Below are positions 51,405 through 62,700 of a stretch of DNA of 64,000 nucleotides, piece after piece (the first letter of the stretch is position 1; every line of letters begins with the position of its first letter). Under the pieces are notes generated by a model. That model searched no databases. It saw nothing but the letters and a program-made list of their open reading frames with translations, and had not been told where the DNA came from. The DNA comes from Cirrosporium novae-zelandiae. Its lineage: Eukaryota. The stretch spans positions 1,302,001 to 1,366,000 of the forward strand of contig JAPETS010000002.1 in NCBI GenBank assembly GCA_026023565.1, read 5' to 3'. The translations under genes and the position numbers were made by a program.

Positions 51405-52966
51405 ATGGCAGCCGCAGTAGCCACTCCTCTCTCTTCCGAGTCCATCGCCGCTCATGACTATCTCAAAGCTCGCCTAGCCTCCCACCCCGCCTCCAGTATC
51501 AACTCATCCTCTTTCCAAATCCCCGTCATCGACATATCCCCATCCTACTCCAACTCCATTGCCGATCGCCAAGCTGTAGCCTCTCAAATTCGCTCGGCCT
51601 GTCTCAACAGCGGCTTCTTTCAAATTGTAAACCATGGCATCGATCAGCAAGCCTGCGATGGGATTCTAGAGCAAGCAAGACGGTTCTTTCATGAACTACC
51701 TATAGAGAAGAGGGAAAAACTCCATATTAAATACTCGGGATTCTTTCGCGGATGGGAACCTGCCGATTCCACGAGTCTATATGCTGACGAGGGGGAGGAG
51801 GGAGCTGGGGGGGAGACCAAAGATGGGTTCAATTGGGGGTACGAAGAACGGCTAGATCCCACGGGTGGGGATGGAAAGTATGTTGAGGTGGATGGAAGTC
51901 AAGGAAACAAGAATGTTTGGCCAAAGGAGGAGGATCTTCCTGGATTCTTCGAGGGAATAAAGGAGTATTATAGTAAGGTAAGTAAATATTACTATTTTTA
52001 TTCTCTTTTATCCTGTCAATGGGCATGACCCACGATTTGGAAACTTGAACTCTCTTGCTTGACTACTGTTCATTATTTATTCTTATCAACCTACTTTGAT
52101 GGGTATAAATGAATACGATTAGACCTAAAGGTATAATTAGAAAAGTGATCTTGGGGAGGCCTTCAAATTGAATTTCTACTAAAAACTGGTTTTATTTGAA
52201 GATCTCCTAAGGTCACTTTTCTGGTTCTGCCTTTGGACCTGGTCACTTTCATTTCTACTTATCGAAAATACTATCCCATTCCATCCTTGTCCTTGGAATT
52301 ACCCAATCTCTAACAGCACCTCAGGCTCTTCAGCTAGCCCGCCACCTTTTCCGGGTTTTTGCTCTCGCTCTCAATCTTCCCGAATCCTACTTTGATTCTA
52401 AAATGACGCATCCCGGTGGAATCGCACGCCTAATTCACTATCCCCCACAAGTCCCTCAACAAGAAACCACCAAAGAAATTGGTCTTAACGCTCATAGCGA
52501 CTATGAGTGCTTCACCATCCTACTCTGCTCCTCTGCCCCTGGATTGGAAGTCTTATCTCCGACAAACGAATGGGTCAGCGTGGTGCCTGCAAAGGGAGCC
52601 CTTGTTGTCAATGTGGCGGACTTTTTGATGAGGTGGACAAATGGACAGTTCAAGAGTACGGTGCATAGGGTTGTAAGTAAGACGGAAAGGGAACGGTATT
52701 CTGTTCCATTATTTTTCAGTATCAATTATGACGAGAAGATTGAGGTAAGTTTGAAACCCCTTTTCTCCTTTTCCCCTCCCGTTTATAGGCGTTGTACTTT
52801 GATGCTGGGGTAACGAAATCGATATTACCTTGTGCATATGTTTTCTAATACTTGACTATTTCAGACACTTCCAAGTTGCACCTCAGATGACAACCCTTCG
52901 AAATACCCCCCCATCACTGCCGGCCAATACGTGTTGGATCGGCTAAGGGCTACGCTAAAGGAGTGA
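51405..52966 (+). CDS. 2-oxoglutarate/Fe(II)-dependent dioxygenase (IPNS/DIOX_N type), 364 aa, 3 exons
   Basis: Exons 51405-51977, 52325-52744, 52865-52966. 'IPVIDIS', 'ACLNSGFFQIVNHGI', HxD 'AHSDYE', distal His 'STVHRV', 2OG-binding 'RYS'. Confidence 0.92.
52092..52270. mobile_element. Foldback MITE (about 175 bp, TA-flanked) in intron 1 of the dioxygenase gene
   Basis: Left arm TA|CTTTGATGGGTATAAATGAA...AAAAGTGATCTTGGGGAGGCCTTCAAA and right arm TTTGAAGATCTCCTAAGGTCACTTTT...TTCATTTCTACTTATCGAAAA|TA are imperfect inverted repeats of about 75 bp. Both align to 17109-17185. Confidence 0.75.
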
Positions 52967-54199
52967 ACCGAAGATCCCAAGTAATTCGCATATACCAGTA
53001 AATTACATCATATACACAATGAACCGATTAGTTCCCTAGAAATCAGTTATACCCAATGCTCAACATCTATGTCTACATCCATGTTTGTTTTCAAATTAAA
53101 TTACCCAGGACTCTCTCTTCTCCATACAGTACGTGCAATATCATCATCAAATTGATAAGGCAGGTAGGCAGGTGGGTAGGTATATACCTATGCGAACATC
53201 CATGCCCATATTAAGTTGCCTCTTCCCATGACAAACCAATTAATCAAGCAGCTCTCTTTATCAAACCGGGACCCGACTACGAGCCAGCGCAATTGGTGTC
53301 TTCCTATTTCAACAGCCAAAGTACAGAATAGATAGAAAAATAATAATACAGCTATGCAGAATGCACCACGCATTTGGTATTCCTGAAGGAGAAAATGCCA
53401 GCACATAAACTAGGCTTTTAAGCCATCCATCATCATTCACCAATAGCCAGGGGAAAGACAGGCTTTGAAACCTACATCCGTTCATTCCCCACATCCGTCT
53501 ATCTATCCATTCATCTATTCGTTTACACAAAACCCCAGATTTCCCGACTCCTGTCTAACATATGCAAACAAACATACAAAAAAACTGAATCCGGGGAAAG
53601 CCACCACACAACATCGGTTCCATCTCATCCACCCCGAACCTAAACACAACAATGACGAATAAACGACACCTTTCCTAGATCCCAATCTTGGTTTTATGTT
53701 TTTTTTGTTTGCTACAAAGTACTTACCCCACACGCATATATACATCTAGATATCTCATGCCTTCCTGCATCCCGCATCCCGCATATTTGTATCCTATATC
53801 TAAAACCCATGCATACATTACATTATACGCATATGCATGTACATACGGGACCGGTCCGCTCTCGCCGACGGCTAATCGCAGTACTGTGGAATCCCTCGAA
53901 TATCACATTTCACTTTTTTTTACTTGACCAATCCCTTCCTTTTTTCCCTCCAGCCACCCAGTCAGCCAGCCAAAAATCACACAAACAAAAAAATGATAGG
54001 TAACCTTTCAAGATATTCCAATTTGAAATAAAATCTCCAAGAGAGAAGGGGTTGGGGGTGGAGGGGAGTGGTTATTAGCAAACCAACGAATCAAAATCCA
54101 AAAAAAAAAAATCTTGAATTTTTTTCATTTTCCAAGTTATACCTATCCACCTTTCCATTACAATGTGATATTCCCAAAACCAAAACATATCATCATATC

Positions 54200-55329
54200 A
54201 TACTATACCATACCACTTACATTACATTGCAGCCAAGTCTCATACTATCCTATCCCGATCCCGATCCCGTTTTAACTTTTTACCTTCTTCTTGATATGTT
54301 TGCTACAGTACAAAACACTTTTATTCATTCACTCATGTTTTAACCCCATATTTACGCCATGTTTATCTTGTGCCATGCCGTTCCGTGCTTATGTCATGCC
54401 ATCTCTTCCGAAACTATGCACGCATGTATTGCAAAGCAATTAGGGAACAGACCTGTTACCACTACCACTATCAACATCTCATCCATATCCCCATCCCTAT
54501 TCCAGCAAACTCATGACCTACCCGCGATCAGTACCCAGAGACAACTAATCAACCAAGTCCGAACCCGAACCCGAATCCGAATCCGAGCTCGAACCCGAAC
54601 TCGAGCTTACTACTTCATCTAATCAAACCCAAACCCAAATCGCTATATCTTGGAAGCTGTTCCTTTAAATTTATAGATGAAAGGGGAAGGGAAAGTGAAA
54701 GGGGAAAGAGGAAGGGGAGTGTGGGTTGAGTAGAGTATAGGATCTGGATCTGAGCCTTAGGCCTTAGGCACTACCACTATCACTCTAGCAACAAATATCT
54801 ACAACCTCCAAACTACAAGAAATAAAACAAAGCAAAGAAAACCCTACATCCATCCATCCATCCATCCATCAATACAACCATATATCTTTCCCACCCTCTA
54901 CCCTCTACCCTCTACCCTTTCACGCATCACCACCACCCCCCTTTTTTTTTCTCTCTCTCTTTCATTTCCCTTATCTATATAATTAAGGAATTGGAAAGGG
55001 AAGAGAGAAGAGTAGAAGAGCGGAAGAAGGAGAAGGAGAAGGAAAAGGGAAGATAGGACGTATATCATAGATTATGTATATATATATATATATATACTAA
55101 CACCATCTCTATATTTATCCTTATCCATATATCCCCCACATTTTTTTTTTTTTTTTTTTCTCCTCCTTCCTTTTCTTCTTTTTCTTCTTATACACCCCCC
55201 ACAAAACTAACCACCAATCTCCTCAATTCCCTCAATTTCCTAATTTCTGCTTTTCTCGCCTTATACTTTTCAGGGTGGTGGTGTAGAAGAATGTTGGGTA
55301 CTAAATCCTGAGGTTGGGAATGTTGTGGG

Positions 55330-55368
<39 letters not shown>

Positions 55369-56330
55369 CCTATTCTATGCCATTCTGTCTCCCCTCTTCC
55401 CCTCCTTTTCTCCCCCCTCTTCTTTCCCAATTCCCAATTCCCAACCATAGATAGGAAAGAATGAAATAAAGAGATGGAGAAAGGAGAATGGGGGGAGGAA
55501 AGGAGATTTAGAAGATCTTGTTATTTTTTGATGATGATGATGATGATGATGATGACGTTTGAGGAAAGTATGTATGTAAAGGAGGGAGGGAAGGGATAAG
55601 GGAATAAAGGAGTGGGGGAAGGGTATGAGGTATGGGGCATTGAGTATAGACCCGCGCCATGTATATATATATATATGTGTGTGTGTGTGTTTGTGTGCGT
55701 GCTAGGGCGTAGTCAGGCTATATATATATATATCCAAACACTTAACACCGAGTATCCCACGTCCCTTTTTGGCTTAGTTATCTAGGTAGGTAGGTAGGTA
55801 GGTAGGTAGGTAGGTAGGTAGGTAGGTAGGTATTGCAAGAGTGTTTTGTGTTCGCTTACCTTTTAACAATATAAGTTATTTCGTTTCGTTTCGTTTTGTT
55901 TGGGTGTTTTGATGAGTGGCTTGGTTGTTTCATGGTTACCGTCCCAAGGAGAGAGAGGGAAGGAAAGAAAAGGGAAGAAGGAAAGGTAAAAGTAGTTCGT
56001 TGGCTTGCCTTTTAAGAATATGGTTGTTTCCTTTGCTTGGTTACTGTCCTAAGAAGAGAGAGAGAGAGGAAGAAAAGAAAAGGGAAGAAGGAAAGGAGAG
56101 ATTTACTTATTCTTCGTTCCATTATACTGTATGTACGTATATAAATTCGTCTTGATTTAATGTAGTTAACTTCGTTGAATGTACTTATTTAGATAATATA
56201 AAAATAATAATACAAAGGTTTCTTCCTTAAAGCCTTGAATTTTAAACAATAATAAAAATAAATAAAAAAAAAATCCCCCTAAAAAATATATATAAAAAAA
56301 AGAATAAGAAAAATAAACAAAAAAAAACCT
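54200..56330. repeat. Simple-sequence-repeat-dense intergenic tract
   Basis: (CCGAAC/T)n near 54559, (CATC)n near 54846, (TA)n near 55077, poly-T 55141-55159, (TA)n(TG)n near 55330 and 55662, (GAT)n near 55530, (TAGG)12 at 55783-55830, and A-rich runs. Confidence 0.85.
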
Positions 56331-56772
56331 GGTCGGTGGTGGCATGGTTCTTTTCCCCTTTGCTTTAAGGGGGGGTCTTCGTTTTTTTAAAGAGGATTTC
56401 TTTCCAGTATTTATCATCTCTTCAGTTCTCTCTCTCCGTTGAGTTTTTGATAAGAGAAGATAAAAAAAAACAATACAAAAAAAATAACAAAGCAAAATTC
56501 CAACCCGGTTTCTCCTTCCGGTTTGTAAACCCTGGAAAAATTTCCAATATCTTCTTGAAGGGAATGCAATATGCCAGTTGGGTATAAAGTTTATGAAACA
56601 ATTGCGCACAGTGGTGTATCCGTCTACCCTCTCTCAATCAGAATCATCCAATCGCTTCCTAAAATTCCTGGACACGCCACCGCCCATTAACCCGGTCGAA
56701 AGTTATGTTTAATAATCCCAGAAGATCCAAAAGCCCCCCGAAACCCTTTCATACGCCTCGTTGCTTTCAACA

Positions 56773-59700
56773 TCATTCTTCTAATACACTCTCCACCTTG
56801 ACGCTTGGTGTACTCTTTTTCTTCCCAATGTTAAACATGCTTAGCCGCTTCTTCACTACCACTTTTTTTCCGCTGGAGAATGTATCTGAAGTTACGGGTC
56901 TTGCTTCATTAAAGCTGATTTTACTATCCACCTCACTCATCTGATCCTGCGAAGGTCGTTCAGGCATAAATCGATGATGATCTTCCGAACTTCTGAAATT
57001 CAATATACTTCGTTTTCGCTCGGAACGAGTGTTGCTCGAATGTGTCGTCGGCGCTTCGCTTGGGGCATAGCCCTCTTCCACCTGTGTTTCGGGGACGTCA
57101 ATGCCTTTGGTGTCGGAATGGTTGGTCTGGGTACGTTTAAGGAAGCTAAGGCTTAGGCGATGGCCATGGTTTGGGTGTTTGTTTTCCTGACGTGACGATT
57201 GGCGGGTGTGGGAAACAGGTTCAGGTGAGAAAGGCTGCGACGTAACGGTTTCTGCAGTTGCTGGTGGAGACCTGGTGGTTTCTACAGGGCTTGATGGAGC
57301 AAATACTCGTGGGGGCGTTGTTGGTGGCTGCACTGGTGAGAGAGCCTCAAGTTCTGGAGCAAATGTGATTTCAAAGTCTAGAGGAAAGTTAGAATGGATA
57401 CTTGTATGGGAATGCAATATGGACTTACCCCTCTTGAGATCTTGTTGGATAGCCTGATACGAAGATCTTGATAGTAGATTTAAACTTCTGCTCACTGTAG
57501 CTGCGTGGTCGACCAGTGCAACTTTCAATGACTCCTCTAGTGGGGCTGGCTTTATAGGCTCAGCGTACTCGTCCTCATTCTCGGCATCCTCAGGGGGTAA
57601 AAAGGCTCGATACCGAGATACAGAGGCAATTGAAGTTGACTCAACTGAGGATTTGATAGCATCAACCAATGCAGAATAGCTTTCGACATCAGCATCACCC
57701 TCTGTTGCATGTCGTTCTAATGCGGCAAGTTCTTGATTTTTCCGCCACACTCTTTCGACTGCCGTCTGCAGCGGCGTCAGCTGCATCTCTCCAATTTCGA
57801 CAACTTCGCTCTTTCGAAGAATGGTTGGGAATGCTTCCATTGTTTCATATACAGTTTTGGTGACCCAATGATCTCTCACGTCAGGGCTGTTGACCTGTCG
57901 GTGAGATGTAGTAGCAAACTTCCTTGGTTGGGACATTACCAAATACTCCCGGACCGAGTGTGGTACCCTTGCACGCCTATATATTATATGGTTCGTGTCT
58001 CGGAGAGGGCTGACATTGAATATCTGCAAGAATTGACCTTCAACATCGTCGATATCACCAGCTGGCACAATTTGCGCAGCAGGATATTGTTGTTGCATCC
58101 GGTCTGTGAATGTTCCCAATCGTTCCCCTGGAAGGCCTTCAAATATATATTGTTTATCTCGAAGGCCTGTAGGGAAGCCTAGACCTCTAAACACGACGCG
58201 GAAGTATTTAGGTATTCTTATATCCTCTTTGCTGATTCCCTCGTATATCTTGGCCATTGCTCTCTGGGTTCGGGCAAGTTTTCCAAAGTCAAAGACATGG
58301 TTTTCGTACTGCTTTGCAAGCTCCTTGTAGCTCATTAGGGCATTCTCCCAAGACTTTCCATCTTCGAACAGCTGGATCATCCGGAAATAGAGCCCTTCCT
58401 TGCGATCAAACGCCGATTGCTCAGGCATAAGAGAGTCGGGTAATGCTGGAAGTATCTGATTGACGTCCCATTCGTATAGCTCCGCATGCAACCGTAGTGC
58501 CAATCCAGCCTCTGTAGGATTTCTTGCCTGGATCTGAAGCTCTGCCAGTTGATGGACATAGCGAATAAATATATCCTCCTTTTGCATGTCTTTCAAGAAC
58601 TCCATAAGCCGTAGAGTATGCATAATTTGAAAGGCTTCAGACGACTCATTACCATGAACTGCCACCATAAGGTCAAGGAGCTCGTCTAGGGTATCGACCA
58701 TTTGAGTAAGAGCGGTCCACAAGGCATCGTCCTCGGTGGTTGATAGGGGTTCAAATAAATCAAGAAGCTCGGTAATGAACAACTTCTGGAGTACGCTTTC
58801 ACTCAGATGCTTGGTTTTGAAAATTTGATCTAAGCCATCGATTATAGCTGCTTCGATAACCGATAGATCTTCGCTCAATGTCCATTCGCTGACAACCATG
58901 CTCTGAAGAACCTCGACGGCAACATGACGGAGTCCTTCGTGGACACTCAGACAGAGCTCAAGAATCGGACAAACCAGCGAAGGGACATATTGTACCTGGA
59001 AACCCCCCATTTTCAGAAGACCAAAGTGTGCTCGGTCTTCAGGACTCGTTTCCCAGCCAATGGCTTCCCATGTCCGTTTCAGCAACTCTGCACCTTGCTC
59101 TCTAACATCACCACCGATTTTCCAGACAACACGCCGCTTTTGCTCTGGAAAGGTCTCTAGTGCAAGAGTGTCACTACTCACAAGCTGGAGAAGAGTAGTA
59201 AAAAAGTCTCTCCAGAGATCGGTATTGAAGTTCTCTGCGTCATCCGGGGCAGGAAGGAACGACTCTATCAGTATAGAAGCAATGCTCTCCAGGTTCTTGA
59301 GAGACGAGCGATGGTGATATATATACGCACTGAGCCACTTGCGTGGATATGCCTCGCAACTAATTATAGATCTATGAGCCCGAAGAGACTGGGAAAGGAA
59401 ATGTTCCAGATCAGGATGGGTCGACAGAACTTGAAACCCGGTAGAACGTTTTGAAAACGCTGCTAAAAGTGCTGATAGTTCAATCAAGGCCTCATCAAAC
59501 CTGGCTGAAGTGGCAAGCGGTTTCGTTGTGAAAGGAAAGGTCTTTGAAAAGAGCAACGAAAATGATTCTTTCTCGGTCATTCCGGCTTCATTAATAGTGC
59601 AGTAGGCATTCACGATGTATGGTAGATGTTTTGATATGTCGACATTATCGTCTTCAACTAGAACCGAGACAACCGCACAGCAAAGGCGGACCTGGGAGTG

Positions 59701-62700
59701 CCATTGTTGATTGACTTCGGTTGATTCCCAGTATGGTGCCAGCCACTGAACAGTCTTCTCTACGAGCTTAGTTCGAACAGGCTCTTGCAAGAAGACATCT
59801 AGCTGGAGTAGACTTTGAATCAGAACAAGCTTGTAAAGAATGAGTTTTCCGGTGACACCCTCGCAGGCATTGACAAAAGAGGTGGCAGTGCGGAAGATTT
59901 CTTCCGGTTCAAATGTACCAGATAGTGCCGGTAGCCAGTTATGAAAGTGCTGGACAATCAGAGTCTTGCTACCGACTAGAACTAATGCTGAATTCTTCAT
60001 CAAAGCTTGCAACCCTTCAAAGATCGTCCTTAGATCATGGTAGAAGGTTTTCTGGGTTTTTGTGACGCCGATATCAGCTTCCTTGACCTTTTGCTGCTCT
60101 CGGGACTTCATAATGAATTTGAGAACGTAATCCCCAACCTTAAAGGTGGCCCGAAGGGAACGAGATGTCTGGGAACCAGTAGCATTAGATAAAAGCCGAT
60201 GATAACTCCTCATAAGGCATGGATTCGCAAATGGAAAATCGAATCTGTGTTCAATATAGTCGTTAAGAAGAGGGCTTAGATTAAACCGTCGGTAATGAAC
60301 AAGGCTGAAAACCGTTATCAAACAACTAAAAACCAAGTCTTCAAATTCGTCCTCGCCAGCGTGGGCAACCAAAATGGAAAATAATGCATCAAGTACATCG
60401 TCGAGAAGCTTCACGATTTCGACCTCTGGAACAAACGCGACTCGGTTTAAGAGCTCAAGTACCTGCTCGGCAGACTTTTCTCGCCACTTAAGAAGGCCAA
60501 GTAAGACAGGTTCCTGGGAGAATTCGGTGCTGCATAGATATGTCTGTAGGCGAAGATGCGCCGAAGGAAAGGTCATGGATTGATCGAGGCTTTTCTGGCG
60601 CGAACTCCAAGGGAGGTTGAGATAGGCGCCTTTGCCGTTATCTGTACTGGATGTAGTCTTGTCATATTGGTACAGTAACAAAGAGTGTTCGCCATCTCGT
60701 ATAAATGCGTTCTGATCCCATAGAGGTATCCAGCCCAGGGCAAAGGGAAATCCAGGGGCATCGGCGATGCTCATAATCAAGTGGGATCCAGGAAGATCTT
60801 CTTTTGGTATTTGTAGTCGTATTGTTTGATTCCATAATTCTCCTTTCTCAACCGCTGTAGTCCGCCATGCTGTTTGTCCGGTGCTATTTGATGAAGGAAA
60901 GATGCAGCGGGGAAGGCGTTCCCCTGTTGATTTTCGAACTTCGAGGGTTAACTGGAGGTTCTGATAGCCTAAATTCAGAGGTAGCGGAACAGCACCTGTA
61001 GTAGGATGCGACAATACCGCATTCTGAGGAAGAAATGCCTCCGAGATCGTCAGATAGATGTCTGATCGTGGCTGCGTTGGTGCACCAGAAAATCCCATTT
61101 TTCTCGTCTGTGTAACGCCCTGAAGTAATGTAGGGGTTTTGCGTATTATATCCGCAACATCTGGACCGGTGAAAGGTTGTAGTCTCAGCTGTACCCGATC
61201 AGCTCGCTCAGATTTAGTATAACCTTTGCTTGGGCTAGCAAGAAGCTGGCCTATGATGGGATCAACATCCTCGGCAGGATCTTGCTCCTGGATAGAAGGA
61301 GACCAAATATTTACAATATGCTCTGTGTCCTTGTCTTGCCGCATGAGGGAACTAATCTCAAGTGCGCCAATTCCTACGGTTCGGCTTACTGATGCTGCAT
61401 CCTTTAGAGCCATTGGCGGCGTGTTGACCTGCTCATCCTTGGATTTACCAGAACCTCCGGTGACTGGTGGACTTGTTGTGGTCTGCTGATTGTTGGGCGG
61501 ACTGGCTTCGACTATTGCCGCCTTATGACCCCAAGGTAAACGTCTTCGACCATTTTTTGCGCTTCCAGGCGTATGCCCTTCTCTTTCTGATTTGGATCTG
61601 GATACAACGGTGCCTTCACGCGTGAGTGTAGGCTTTGAATTAGTCTGTAGTGAAAGTTTTGGTGGCTGGCTGATCTGTACTTTCACAATCAAATAAAGTC
61701 CCAATCCAGCCAAGGAGCCTTCATTGATATCTAGAGAGCTCAAATCCTTGAACATGGTCCTTGCTTTACTTGTCTTTGAAAGACTAGAGAGCGATCCCTG
61801 CGAAGGGCCATCCATGGTGTAGCATTCGGAAATCGGTTTGACCGAACCATCTGAGTCTTTCACACATAGGTATAGCGATAGTGTAGTAGGTCCGGGTTTA
61901 CTCCCAACAACACCCTTCACATCAACAAGAAGATGGTGCAAATTCACAGGATCGACATGAGGGGTCGGATTGTTTTCGAGAAGGCTCATCATAGCTTGTA
62001 GCTTCATCAACTCAACCGCAGAGTCATCTGCCGTGAGCAGTCGCCCGCGTTGTGCTGGATCCCGGACAACAACTTCTCCACCTAACATTTTGTTTCCTCG
62101 AACTAGGTTCCAGACGGATGATTCTCTCAGGATATTCCGCTCTCGGGCTGTAAGAACATTATGAAGAAGCTGCCTTCTTGAAAGGTCCAAAGTTTGAATG
62201 AGATCAGAAACTCGATTGATAACAGAATATTGTCGACTTAGGAGCAACTCGTGTAGGTGTTTGGAGTACCATTCTCGAAGGCATGATGCTATTTCGTCCA
62301 CCAGGGGTTCGGAGGTTGATGTTGGGGTCTCGTCCCCGATCTTTAACATAGGCACCGGCGCAGGAGGCTTAGGGGCATTTGGATCCCGAGGACTCATGGA
62401 CACTGGCGTCAACGGTAACGCGGTCAGCACCGTCTTCTGTGATATGGCGGAGCGGCGTGAGACATGGCTTTGTCGCTTTTCCTCTTCTGACCTGGTCAGG
62501 GATTCCCATCGACCGGATTTACTTTCAGATCTTGAACTAGAAGGCCTCTGCTGTTTGGAGGATGGCCTTCTTATCAGAGAGCATGTCCTACTGGTATTTG
62601 GTCGAACCTCCTGACTATCTCGAATACTGAGACTTCCCGAAGCGGGGGAGGCCAGTATCCCATTGATGAATCCATTTTCAAGACCACTGAAAAAATCTCC

